Shown here: positions 10,412-20,514 of the stretch, piece after piece
Layout: each line of letters opens with the position of its first letter
Position numbering within the stretch: the stretch's first letter is position 1
DNA from: Synechocystis sp. PCC 6803 substr. PCC-P
Lineage (GTDB): Bacteria > Cyanobacteriota > Cyanobacteriia > Cyanobacteriales > Microcystaceae
Assembly (NCBI RefSeq): GCF_000284455.1
Contig: NC_017039.1
Coordinates: 1,470,001 to 1,502,000 of the forward strand
Direction: 5' to 3'
DNA: 32,000 nt
The notes under the pieces: model-generated
What the model was told of the DNA's origin: nothing
Databases searched by the model: none
The model's input: only the letters and a program-made list of their open reading frames with translations
Translations under genes and position numbers: made by a program

Positions 10412-11190
10412 GCATCTACCTCTGTCGATTCAAACATCTGATTCAGACTCAGCATTGGTAGCCCACCAAAAGTCAGTTCCAAATTTTCTTTGGTGAAGGT
10501 TTCTTCAGTTTTACCCTGGGCCAAAATAGTGCGGTTGAGCAGAATGGTGTGGTCACAAAAGGTGGAAATGGAGGCCAAATCATGGGTAGAAATCAGAATG
10601 GTGTGCCCCTCATCCCGCAGTTCCATGAGTAAATCAATCATGCCTTTTTCTGTTTTCACATCAACCCCGGTAAAAGGCTCATCTAACAGAATTACCTTGC
10701 CTTCCTGGGCCAAGGCCCGGGCCAAAAATGCCCGCTTCTTTTGACCGCCGGAAAGTTCCCCAATTTGGCGATCGCGGTATTTCACCATGCCCACCCGCTC
10801 TAGACTTTCCATCACCAAACGACGGTCTTTGGCGCTAGGAATACGCAACACATTCATATAGCCATAGCGCCCCATCATCACCACATCAAACACACTGACC
10901 GGAAAGTTCCAGTCCACCTCATCAGCTTGGGGAACGTAGGCCATCAACTGTTGCTTTTGGGCCTTTTGTACGGAAAAGCCACCAATGCGTACCCGTCCCT
11001 GACTCGGTTGCAAAAACCCCATGATGGATTTGAACAGAGTCGATTTACCACTGCCATTGGGCCCCACCAGGGCGGTAATGGTGCCGGGTTCAACGGTGCA
11101 GGTAGCGTTATAAAGGGCCAAACGGGCGTTGTTATAGGTAACGCTGACACCATCGACGGATATATCAAGACGAGATAGGGTGGCTGCCAT
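10408..11190 (-). CDS. mntA: Manganese ABC transporter, ATP-binding subunit
   Basis: Walker [10 protein letters not shown], signature [17 protein letters not shown], Walker B VILLDEPF, then the H-loop STHD. Confidence 0.95.
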   Translation of the reverse strand: MAATLSRLDISVDGVSVTYNNARLALYNATCTVEPGTITALVGPNGSGKSTLFKSIMGFLQPSQGRVRIGGFSVQKAQKQQLMAYVPQADEVDWNFPVSVFDVVMMGRYGYMNVLRIPSAKDRRLVMESLERVGMVKYRDRQIGELSGGQKKRAFLARALAQEGKVILLDEPFTGVDVKTEKGMIDLLMELRDEGHTILISTHDLASISTFCDHTILLNRTILAQGKTEETFTKENLELTFGGLPMLSLNQMFESTEVDA

Positions 11191-11288
11191 GGCAAAAGAG
11201 GGGTTCAGATTTTAGGTAGTGGTAAATCGTCAAGATTAAGTCCAGTTGATTACAGAAAAACTCAACGTGTCAAAACACAAAGTTGTTT

Positions 11289-12281
11289 TCATTGCTGGGC
11301 ATTGGTACCGGCCAAAAGACCGTTGGTAATCACCCGGGCATCATATTCCAGCAAATCTAAAAAGGTGGGCACAGGGCCTTCCTCTGTGGAAAGGGAGTCA
11401 ACATAGAGATTGCCGCCAAAGCGAGCGCCGGTGGCCTGGGCTACCTGTTTTTGCCCCTTATCGCTGACGGTACTTTCACAAAAGATTGTTGGTACATTAT
11501 TGGTTTTCACCTCCTCAATCACGGTTTGCACTTGCTTGGGGGTAAACTGCTGTTCGGCATTAATTGGCCACATGTAAATCTCCTCCATACCGTAATCTCT
11601 GGCCAAATAGGAAAACGCTCCTTCGCAACTCACCAAAAACCGCTGGTTGGCGGGCACTTGTTCCAAATCCGCTCCCAGTTGGCGATCGATCGCCTTTAAC
11701 TGCTCGCTGTAGACTGCTGCATTGGCGTTGTAATATTTGGCATTGTCCGGGTCAAGTTCGACGAAGGCTTGGCGGATATTTTCCACATAGACCAGGGCAT
11801 TACGGGGCGACATCCAGGCGTGGGGATTGGGCTTATCGGTATAGGGGCCGTCGGCGATCGGAATCGGTTCGATGCCTTCCGTTAGCACCACAGAGGGCAC
11901 ATCCTTCACGTTGCCCAAAAATTGCTCGAACCAACGCTCTAGGTTCATGCCGTTGTAAAGGATTAAGTCTGCGTCCTGAGCCTTGACAATGTCACTGGGA
12001 GTCGGCTCATAACCGTGGATCTCTGCACCAATGCGAGTGATGGATTCCACCACTAACTTGTCTCCGGCAACATTCTGGACCATGTCGGCCAATACGGTGA
12101 AGGTGGTTAAAACCTTCTTTTTCTCCTCTGTTTCCCCCTGGACTTCTGTGGTTACGGCTGTCACTTCTTCGCTGGGAGCATTGGATGTCGTGACTTCCGC
12201 CGTGCCACAACCGGTCAGCCAAAAGGCGATCGCCAAACCAGACGCCAGCAGTCCTCCCCGGGAAGCAAATGATGTTGCCAT
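11289..12281 (-). CDS. mntC: Manganese ABC transporter, substrate-binding lipoprotein
   Basis: 330 aa with lipobox LTGC and metal-ligand motifs NPHAWMSPRNALVYVENI, CEGAFSYLARDYG and SLSTEEGPVPTFLDLLEYD, typical of cluster A-I metal SBPs. Confidence 0.95.
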   Translation of the reverse strand: MATSFASRGGLLASGLAIAFWLTGCGTAEVTTSNAPSEEVTAVTTEVQGETEEKKKVLTTFTVLADMVQNVAGDKLVVESITRIGAEIHGYEPTPSDIVKAQDADLILYNGMNLERWFEQFLGNVKDVPSVVLTEGIEPIPIADGPYTDKPNPHAWMSPRNALVYVENIRQAFVELDPDNAKYYNANAAVYSEQLKAIDRQLGADLEQVPANQRFLVSCEGAFSYLARDYGMEEIYMWPINAEQQFTPKQVQTVIEEVKTNNVPTIFCESTVSDKGQKQVAQATGARFGGNLYVDSLSTEEGPVPTFLDLLEYDARVITNGLLAGTNAQQ

Positions 12282-12404
12282 AGTGATAATGGTCTTTCAT
12301 GATCATCTCATTTTTCATTATCTTCTCATAATTGCAGTGAAAACGGGGAGTTAAAATTTCTTAACTTTTACCAACTGGTAAGCTCGTGGGCTTTTTCTGA
12401 CCAC

Positions 12405-13094
12405 TAAAACTTTCTGCTTTTTACATGCTCAGAACGGGGTGTGCCTGGCGACTTGTACCCCACGATTTTCCTAAATGGCGAACGGTCTATGGTTATTTCC
12501 AGCCATGGCACGAAGATGGTACCTGGAAAAAATTAAACCGTATCTTCCGTGAGAAAGTTCGGCTCAAAGCTGGAAGAAATACTCACCCTAGTGCCGGTTG
12601 TTTAGATTCACAGTCACTCAAAAGGGCTTGAACTGGCCAAGAACCTGGCTATGACGGTGGAAAAAAGGTCAATGGTCGTAAACGTACAATCCTTGTGGAT
12701 ACCATGGGATTAATTCTCGATGTTGTCGTCCATGGTGCCCATCGCTCCGACCATCAGGGTCTGATTCTACTTGGCACCTGGTTTGCTCCCCTTTGGCAGT
12801 GCCTGCAAGTTATATGGACTGACAGTACCTTTGGCGGAAAGGATTTTATCCATTGGGCGGAGCATACTTTTGGTTGGACCTTGAATGTGGTCAGCAAAAA
12901 GTAGGGACAAAAAGGCTTTGAAGTCCTACCCCGCCGTTGGGCAGTCGAGCGCACCTTTGCTTGGTTTGGACGTTATCGTCGTTTAAGTAAGGATTATGAA
13001 TATTTACCTACCACCAGTGAGACAATGCTCTATGTTGCCATGGTTCATCTTATGCCTCAAAGGCTTGCTTAAAACTTTTCAAACACTTTCCTAG
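12405..13094 (+). pseudogene. IS5-family-like transposase remnant: 5' truncated, two in-frame stop codons, right terminus retained
   Basis: One continuous frame reads FYMLRTGCAWRLVPHDFPKWRTVYGYF...[46 protein letters not shown]...WTDSTFGGKDF...[61 protein letters not shown]. The stops are TGA 12629-12631 and TAG 12902-12904. The reverse complement of the right end reads gaaagtgtttgaaaagtttt. Confidence 0.85.
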
Positions 13095-13222
13095 GCTTGC
13101 AAAGACTAGAATTTGCTCCCTGCAATGCAAAGCCGCAGTACGTAATACTGTTCTTTGGATTTTGTAAGAAGGTGCTCAAATATTTCTGTAATTGCGGGTT
13201 TTAAATCCTCCGGAACATTCAT
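13091..13222 (-). pseudogene. Candidate decayed KaiB-like paralogue N-terminus, cut off at the IS remnant
   Basis: The minus strand reads MNVPEDLKPAITEIFEHLLTKSKEQYYVLRLCIAGSKF*SLQA*. The part YYVLRLCIAGSKF*SLQA* lines up with the KaiB start (Y-V-L-K-L-Y-V-A-G-N-T-P-x-S-V-x-A-L). Confidence 0.5.
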
Positions 13223-13239
13223 TGCGACAACCTAAAATG

Positions 13240-13566
13240 CTAGATTTTCCAATCCATAGAGGGTAAAATTTGTAAGCCCACTAATACCTTTTCTGTATTG
13301 GACAAATCACCAATAATTTTTTTGATTGGTTCGGGTAATTTTCTTACTAAAGTAGGCAATGCCAAAATACTATCTTCAATCGCCAATTCAGGTTGTTGGG
13401 TCAAATCGATGATTTCAATTTGGTATTGACCGTTTAGATATTCTTCACAAATCTTTTTTAAATTTATAAAAGCTGTGACGGATTTAGGAGTTTGTCCCGC
13501 TACATACAGACGCAGTTGCCAAACTTCCAAGTTTTGATTGCCAGATAGAGCGTTTAAATTTTCCAT
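13240..13566 (-). CDS. kaiB2: Circadian clock protein KaiB homologue (KaiB2-type)
   Basis: 108 aa with [62 protein letters not shown]. Confidence 0.93.
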
Positions 13567-13586
13567 AATAGAAGACTCTTCAGTAC

Positions 13587-15293
13587 TTAGGGGTTTTGAT
13601 AAATGTGGCGAGACTTTTTAATCAGATTACGGTTGGCCAACATTGTTTGTTTGAATTCTTTCTCCTCTAACATTAGTACTTCTAATTCCTCATCTTGACT
13701 GGCTAGTTTCATTTGGAGGGCATCAATCTTCGCCTGCAGTAAGTACTTTTTTCGCTCAAAATTCCGTTTGCTGAGTTCTAGGGCCTGTTGCCGCCTTTTG
13801 GCGATCGCCTCTTCTTCTAAAATTTGATTAATCCTTTGGGTACCTGTTAGTACTTGCCCTTCACCAATATAAGCTTCAATCAAATCTACCCCATCATTAC
13901 TAAGGATGAATTCCCGCACTTGGTTGGAGTGGGCCATGCCCCTAGATTTCAAAATATAGAGAATACGATTTCTTTCTCCATTTATTCTCAGGGTCTGTAA
14001 CTCCAGCCATGTATCCATTAAGGAAGAAACACCAACTTCTGTTTGTTCATTATCATATCCCACATTGCCGCCGGTCAAATCCGTCAAAAATACGGTAATC
14101 TTTTGGCTTTTTAGATAATCAATTAGACGCATGAAAAAGTTTTTTGTTTGATTTAAATTGCCACTAGTAATTAGGTTACTCATTGGATCAACTACCACCA
14201 AGCTTGGCTTAAAATTCCTGACCCAACTATGAATCTTAAACAGACGCATCTCTAAATTATAATTAGTAGGACGAGTGGCATCAAATTGTAGTAATTGGCT
14301 GTCTAAATAGGGCGATAAATCTAGACCAATGGAATTTAAATTGCGGCAAATTTGTTGGGGCGATTCTTCGGTAGCAAGATATAAACATCGTTCTCCCCGT
14401 AAGCAAGTTGCCTGGGCAAAAAAGGCCGCCAGGGTAGTTTTGCCAGTGCCAGCTCTCCCGGTTACTAAAATGCTACTGCCACGGTAATAACCCTGCCCGC
14501 CAAACATATCATCCAATTGGGGAATGCCAGTGGAAATTCGCTCCTGGGAGACGCTGTGATTGAGAATCAGGGAAGTGATAGGCAACACGGAAATGCCATT
14601 TTCTTCGATCAAAAAAGGATATTCATTATTGCTATGGCGTGAGCCTCGATATTTAACGACCTGAATAGTTCTGGTGGCAACCTCTTCCACAGTTTTTTGA
14701 TCGAGTTTAATAACACAATCAGACACGTATTCTTCCAGGCCTTGCCTAGTTAAATTTTTGTCGCCCCGTTCCCCTGTGATCACTGCGGTAACGCCTTTTT
14801 GCTTTAACCAATGGAATAAACGACGTAATTCTGCTCGGACAATATTGGTATTCTCTAAGCCAGAAAAAAGAACTTCAATTGTATCTAAAAGGATTCGCTT
14901 TGCACCAATTTTATTAATGGCATAGCCTAAGCGAATAAATAGGGCTTCGAGGTCATATTCTCCTGTTTCTTGAATTTCGCTAGCTTCAACATAAATATGA
15001 TCAATTAAAATTTTTTCTTCGGCAACTAAATCTTGTAAATTCCACCCTAAGGACGCCACATTTTGAATGATCTCTTTGGCGCTTTCTTCAAAGGAAACTA
15101 AAACCCCTGGCTCTCCATATTCCACTGCCCCCCGCACTAAAAATTCCACCCCAAATAGAGTTTTACCACAACCGGCTGAACCACAAATGAGGGTTGGTCG
15201 GCCCTGGGGTAAACCACCGTTGGTAATTTCATCAAAACCTTGAATCCCGGTGGGGCATTTAATTAGAGAGAGACTTTGGCTGTTATCTGTCAT
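13587..15293 (-). CDS. kaiC2: Circadian clock protein KaiC homologue (KaiC2-type), duplicated RecA-like ATPase
   Basis: 568 aa with two P-loops ([23 protein letters not shown]), GVLVSFEES in [12 protein letters not shown] in CII, and the segment [11 protein letters not shown] at the phosphosite region. Confidence 0.95.
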
Positions 15294-15715
15294 GATTTTT
15301 ACGGATTCAATTTACTTGCCAGCATTGCCAATGGTGTTTAAATTTATGTTTGAGTTTTTGTCGTAATTATGTTCGCACAATATTCCCACTATTAATTTGC
15401 CGAGATTGAGCAATGATCACACCGTAGGCATGGGCTACTCCGATCGCCATTGTTGTCAACTGCCCGACCAAGGCCAACCCCATGACTTCAGTAATAACTT
15501 TTTGTCACATTAGCGGACCCAGACCCCAGCAACAGAAAGTGCCTTAGTCGGGTATGGTGAAATTTACCTAATTTTCCGCCTGAGTTCCATTTAGAAGCTA
15601 GTTGACCATGGAATTGGCCCCATGGACCCATACAGTCACGGCAATAGTATCCATTAAAACTGCGATCCCCGGCTACTACAATCAAGTTATTCCCCCCTCA
15701 ACCATTGCTTAAACC

Positions 15716-16438
15716 ATGGCAGAAAAACTATCTTCCTCACCACCAGCCCGGAACATTTTTCAGCGACTACCGCTTCTGGGGACTGGGGGCGTAGTTCTAA
15801 CCATGGCGATCGCCGTTATGGGCATTGTCCAGGGTCTACGTACCATCAGCCCTTGGCTCCGCATCGGCAATAATCAGGCCAAGGCGGAAATTTCTACCCT
15901 CGTGGTGCAGCAAATCCGGGCAGTGAGTGAACTAACCACCACCATTTTTGCCATGGAAACCGTAGTGCCCACTAGTCAGGAACGGCAATGGGGTAATTTC
16001 ACCCTGGGGCGCACCGACTTACTCTACATTGGCTACGGGGAAGTGCGGGCCGGCATTGATCTAGCCGAGATAAATGAACAAAGTATTCAACAACAGGGAG
16101 AAACGCTAATTGTCACCCTGCCGCCGCCGCAAATTCTTGACCAAAAAATTGATGTGGAACGCTCCCGCATTTACCACTATGACCGGGGATTTTTAAACCT
16201 AGGACCCGACACTGTTCCGGAGCTACAAACTTTGGCCCAACGGCAGACCCTAGCCAAAATCACCGCCGCCGCCTGTGACCAAGGCATTTTGAACCAGGCT
16301 AACCAGAAGGCCGAAGTGGCCCTAGCGAGTTTATTGAAAAACACAGGGCACCGGCAGGTGGAAATTAAAACCACTAACCCCACCGTTTGCGCCATCCCCT
16401 CCGCCCAGGGTTTATCCAGGGACAAAATCAATGGTTAA
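15716..16438 (+). CDS. DUF4230-like conserved protein with an N-terminal TM segment
   Basis: 240 aa with ELTTTIFAMETVV, YIGYGEVRAGIDLAEI, LIVTLPPPQILDQKIDVERSRIYHYDRGFL. Confidence 0.7.
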   Translation: MAEKLSSSPPARNIFQRLPLLGTGGVVLTMAIAVMGIVQGLRTISPWLRIGNNQAKAEISTLVVQQIRAVSELTTTIFAMETVVPTSQERQWGNFTLGRTDLLYIGYGEVRAGIDLAEINEQSIQQQGETLIVTLPPPQILDQKIDVERSRIYHYDRGFLNLGPDTVPELQTLAQRQTLAKITAAACDQGILNQANQKAEVALASLLKNTGHRQVEIKTTNPTVCAIPSAQGLSRDKING

Positions 16439-16472
16439 AGCAGATAAAATTGTTAAAAATCAATCAAGGTGA

Positions 16473-17423
16473 TTAAAGAACTAACTTCACAGGGGTTTGT
16501 TGGGTCGTTAATTGCTCTGCAAACGGAGCCGGCATATTTTTGGTAACGGCCATGAGATAGTCCAAAAAGGTTTGGGTAATCACCGACAGTTGTTTACCCG
16601 CTAGGTTAGCCACGTACCAACGCCGCTTGATAGGAAATTCGTCAATGTCCAAAATTGTCAGCTCACTGCGGGCTCCCTCCGATACCAGGGTATGTTGGGA
16701 CAACACAGAAATGCCCATGCCACCGGCGATCGCCTGTTTAATCGCTTCATTACTACCCAATTCCAACCGCACCCGCACATCCACATAATGGCGGTGGAAC
16801 AAATTTTGTACTGCTAAACGAGTACCGGAGCCTTTTTCCCGCATAATAAACGCTTCATCATTTAACGCCGTGATGGGGATATTGCTTTTCCCAGCTAGGG
16901 GGTGGTCCCGACGGGCAATGACCACTAAAGGATTGTCGAGGAAAGGCTGGTAATTGAGATCAATTTCCTCCGGCGGCTCACTAACAATGTACAAATCATC
17001 TTCATTGTTTTGCATCCGGTGACGAATCTGCTCATGGTTAGTCACCTTGAGGGATACTTCAATGCCGGGATACTTTTGGATAAATTCCCCCAGTAAACGA
17101 GGAATGAAATATTTGGCTGTGGTAATCACTGCCAAGCGTAAACGCCCCTGTTTTGTGCCCTTAATATCCGCCACTTTCATGGCAAAATTGTCCAGTCGCT
17201 GAAAAATATCTTGGCAAGTTACCAACAATTCTTGCCCCGCCTCGGTGAGGTAAAGCCGTTTGCCAATCTGCTCAAACAGAGGAAGTCCGACAGTTTTAGA
17301 TAACTGTTTAATTTGACTAGAAACGGTCGGCTGGGTAATGTAAAGTTCTTCTGCTGCCCTGGTGAAACTGCCATGTCTAGCGGTGGCTTCAAAAACTTTT
17401 AATTGGTGTAAGGTTGCTTGCAT
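16473..17423 (-). CDS. ndhR: LysR-family transcriptional regulator, NdhR/CcmR/CmpR type
   Basis: 316 aa with N-terminal HTH LHQLKVFEATARHGSFTRAAEELYITQPTVSSQIKQLSKTVGLPLFEQIGKRLYLT and a LysR effector domain. The ndhR assignment rests on recalled Synechocystis neighbourhood and similarity; cmpR is the main alternative. Confidence 0.8.
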   Translation of the reverse strand: MQATLHQLKVFEATARHGSFTRAAEELYITQPTVSSQIKQLSKTVGLPLFEQIGKRLYLTEAGQELLVTCQDIFQRLDNFAMKVADIKGTKQGRLRLAVITTAKYFIPRLLGEFIQKYPGIEVSLKVTNHEQIRHRMQNNEDDLYIVSEPPEEIDLNYQPFLDNPLVVIARRDHPLAGKSNIPITALNDEAFIMREKGSGTRLAVQNLFHRHYVDVRVRLELGSNEAIKQAIAGGMGISVLSQHTLVSEGARSELTILDIDEFPIKRRWYVANLAGKQLSVITQTFLDYLMAVTKNMPAPFAEQLTTQQTPVKLVL

Positions 17424-17870
17424 GTCCTTGACGAAGATGGTGATTTAGATGGGGGGACAATTTGAAGGGGCAGATTAATTTTTTTCAAGCCCGCACTGAA
17501 CAGGAACCTAAACTAAGTTTCGGTAATTTTCAGTTGTCGGTCCTGGCTGGGCTTGGGTCTAGGATGTGCTGAAGTCAATAACTAAAATAGACCTATGGCT
17601 ATTACACTCACTTTCATAGACCTGGGATTGTTGTTAGATAACCAATGATAGAATAAAGCCAATGATTTTGACAAGCTTAGTCCGGGGAGTTGGCATTGAT
17701 AAACCGCCACCTGGGGCCGAGGCCCGATTCTCAGTCCCATGACAGAACTGTTGACTAACGCAAATCAGCTTAGGCGGCCATGAACTGACCCGGACCCAAA
17801 GGTTTATTTTGCCCTCAGAGCGGAGTGGCCCCATAATGGGGGAGATTTCAGTCAGAAAGGAGCCTACACC

Positions 17871-19454
17871 GTGGATACAGCGGTCAACGAATCCCTCTCG
17901 ATTTCCTATAACTTAGAACAGTTCTTGATTGTGCTCTCGGTCTCCCTGAGCATTGCGACCCTGTCCAAGACGGTGCCAATTCTGCGGAAAATTCCCTACA
18001 CCCTGCTGTTGGTAATTGTGGGCATGGCCCTGGCCTTTGTCGATGTGAAATTGATCAATCTGTCGCCGGAATTGATCATGGAAATTTTTCTGCCTCCCCT
18101 ACTGTTTGAGGCTGCGTGGAATTTACAGTGGCGCAATCTCAAAGAAAATTGGTTTCCGATTACTCTCTTTGCCACTTTGGGAGTGGTCATCTGTGTGGTG
18201 GGCATTGCCTTTCCCCTTTCCTATTGGGGGGGGATGGAGTTGGCGATCGCCTTTTTGGCCGCGGCGGCCTTGTCTGCTACAGATCCAGTGTCGGTGATTG
18301 CCCTATTTAAAGAGTTGGGGGCGAGCAAAAAACTAAATACGTTAATGGAAGGGGAGAGCCTATTTAACGATGGGGTGGCGGTGGTGGTCTTCCTCATTTT
18401 GGTGGGCATTCCCCTAGGCACCAGCACTTTTGACTTGTCCGTTACCCTCGCTCGATTTGTCACCGTGATCGGCATTGGGGTGGGCTGTGGCCTGGTGATT
18501 GGCTTTAGTTTGTCCCTGTTGACCCAACGATTTGACCTACCTTTTGTGGAACAGTCCCTCACCCTGGTGTCGGCCTACGGTGCCTATATTCTGGCGGAAA
18601 ACCTGGGGGGATCGGGAGTAATTGGGGTGGTGGTAGTGGGCATGGTGTTGGGCAACTATGGTTCCCGCATTGGCATGAATCCCCGCACCAGACTGATTGT
18701 CAGCATTTTTTGGGAATTTGTGGCCTTCTTTGTCAATTCCATTATCTTCTTACTGATTGGGGATCAAATTGGCTTGAGCAGTCTTTCGGACCACCTCAAC
18801 CTGATTTTGATTGCCATTGCTGCGGTGGTGGTGACTCGCTTAGTGAGTGTTTTTGGTCTGAGCTTGATCAGCAACAAGGTGAGTGACCAGATTAGTAGTA
18901 CCCACATTACTCTCCAGGAACAAACCGTACTCTGGTGGGGCGGATTGCGGGGTTCCGTCGCCATTGCCGTGGCCCTGAGTGTGCCCCAGGCGATCGCCGA
19001 GAGACAGGCCATCATCGACATTGTCTTTGGTGTGGTGCTATTCACCCTACTGGTGCAAGGACTGACTACCCAATTTGTGCTCAAAGGCCTAGATTTAATT
19101 GGCGATCAACCCCAACGGTTGGAATATGCAGAGCTAGTATCCCGACAAATTGCCCTACGGCGGGTGTTGGCGGAACTGGAAAAAACCGATGAGTTTCCCG
19201 ACATTAACCCAGAGCGGTTGCGTTATAAGCAGGAATTAGTCCAAGGACAACTGCAAAGCGTCACCGACAAACTCAAACTGCTCCTGCAGGAATATCCCCT
19301 ATTGCAGGAAGTGGCCAACAAAAAATTCGACCAGACGGTACTAGATATAGAGGCGGAAACCTATGCCGATTTAATTCGTATGGGTCGCTTGGAGGAGAAT
19401 ATTATGCCTTTACTGGTCACCCTGGAAGGGGAAAATGTGGCCGAACCATCCTAG
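17871..19454 (+). CDS. nhaS1: Na+/H+ antiporter, CPA1/NhaP type (NhaS1-like)
   Basis: 527 aa polytopic protein. CPA1 signatures include FLPPLLFEAAWNL, AAALSATDPVSVIALFKELG, LMEGESLFNDGVAVVVF and LWWGGLRGSVAIAVALSVP. Confidence 0.9.
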   Translation: MDTAVNESLSISYNLEQFLIVLSVSLSIATLSKTVPILRKIPYTLLLVIVGMALAFVDVKLINLSPELIMEIFLPPLLFEAAWNLQWRNLKENWFPITLFATLGVVICVVGIAFPLSYWGGMELAIAFLAAAALSATDPVSVIALFKELGASKKLNTLMEGESLFNDGVAVVVFLILVGIPLGTSTFDLSVTLARFVTVIGIGVGCGLVIGFSLSLLTQRFDLPFVEQSLTLVSAYGAYILAENLGGSGVIGVVVVGMVLGNYGSRIGMNPRTRLIVSIFWEFVAFFVNSIIFLLIGDQIGLSSLSDHLNLILIAIAAVVVTRLVSVFGLSLISNKVSDQISSTHITLQEQTVLWWGGLRGSVAIAVALSVPQAIAERQAIIDIVFGVVLFTLLVQGLTTQFVLKGLDLIGDQPQRLEYAELVSRQIALRRVLAELEKTDEFPDINPERLRYKQELVQGQLQSVTDKLKLLLQEYPLLQEVANKKFDQTVLDIEAETYADLIRMGRLEENIMPLLVTLEGENVAEPS

Positions 19455-19580
19455 AGCGTGTTTTAAAAGTCCCCTCCTAGCCCCAAACTTTGGGGGGATT
19501 TAAGTAAAAGTTCCCCAGTATTGCCGGAGCTTTAGTAGGTCGATTTAGGGAGAAAAAGAAAACTTTTCAAACATATTCTT
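19453..19580. repeat. MITE-like repeat, copy 2, adjacent to the antiporter stop codon
   Basis: Ends agagcgtgttttaaaagtcc / aacttttcaaacatattctt. The core agtaaaagttccccagtattgccggagctttagtaggtcgatttaggg parallels copy 1 (agtaaaagttaccctcgtaccgccggagcgttagtaaggagatttaggg). Confidence 0.75.
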
Positions 19581-19710
19581 GGATATGATTCGATTCTGTT
19601 TGGCCTAAACCAGTTTTTGGATCACTAAAATTTCTCCCATGGTCAGGAAAATTTCAGCGTTTCCCAGTTCCTGGAGAGCCTGGATAAAACTGGGCATATG
19701 CTAGCGGTAG

Positions 19711-20391
19711 TCACAAGGAAACCAATCTTCTTTCAATGGCTAAAAGGGCGGCTTGGGTACGATCTCGCACCTCCAACTTACGCAAAATAGTGTGTACATG
19801 GACCCGCACTGTGCCCGGCGCAATGTAAAGTTCGTCGGCAATTTCTTGGTTACTTTTACCCTTGGCCACCAAAGATAAAATTTCTAGTTCACGCTTAGTG
19901 AGTGGGTTCTCTCCATCTGCATCCGCCAATGGCAGCACCGCCCCCGTGGACGAACTGTGTTGAAACGCGGTCTGAATTTCCTGAGAAGCAATGGCATCCC
20001 ACCAGAATGCACCAGCCGCCACTGAGCGAATCGCCAGCACTAATGTTTCTGCGGCCACCCCTTTAACGCAATAGCCCTGGGCTTGGGCTTCAATCAGGCG
20101 GTTAATTAAGGCAGGCTGGGAATGGGAAGTAAGAATTAGGACTGGTAATTGTGGATGAATTTTTTTGATTTGATGGCAGGCTTCAATGCCGCCGATACCG
20201 GGTAATCCCACATCTAAAATCACCACATCAAAAAGCTGTTGATTGACGTAGGCGATCGCCGTTTCTCCATCTTCCGCCTCCCCGGCCACGTCCAACCCTG
20301 GTTCCTGGCTGAGACGGGTCACCAATCCCAAACGGAAGAGTTCATCGTCCTCCACCAAAAGAATCCGGATTGAAGTTGGGGAAATTGCCAT
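19711..20391 (-). CDS. Response regulator, NarL/LuxR type
   Basis: 226 aa with receiver ILLVEDDELFRLGL...DVVILDVGLPG...ILTS and C-terminal LTKRELEILSLVAKGKSNQEIADELYIAPGTVRVHVHTILRKLEVRDRTQA. Confidence 0.93.
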   Translation of the reverse strand: MAISPTSIRILLVEDDELFRLGLVTRLSQEPGLDVAGEAEDGETAIAYVNQQLFDVVILDVGLPGIGGIEACHQIKKIHPQLPVLILTSHSQPALINRLIEAQAQGYCVKGVAAETLVLAIRSVAAGAFWWDAIASQEIQTAFQHSSSTGAVLPLADADGENPLTKRELEILSLVAKGKSNQEIADELYIAPGTVRVHVHTILRKLEVRDRTQAALLAIERRLVSL

Positions 20392-20514
20392 AAATGGTTT
20401 TGATTAACAAAGGTAGTCTGGATAATTGGCCTAAATTGGGGGTCAAAACTAGCCGATCCAATGCCTGCTATCTATCCCAAAATTATGCTTTCTGAACCCT
20501 ATCATTTTCCTTTA

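Noticed and set aside
12425-12904. Programmed frameshifting or recoding in the transposase
   Set aside because: All three readable parts are in the same frame, separated by TGA and TAG with no shift, and the 5' end is missing; this is simple decay.
15488-15685. 65 aa minus-strand ORF between kaiC2 and the DUF4230-like gene
   Set aside because: Low-complexity, family-free translation in an intergenic region with no recognisable domain; probably chance.
17634-17834. 66 aa minus-strand ORF in the ndhR-antiporter intergenic region
   Set aside because: No domain resemblance; likely regulatory DNA between divergent genes.
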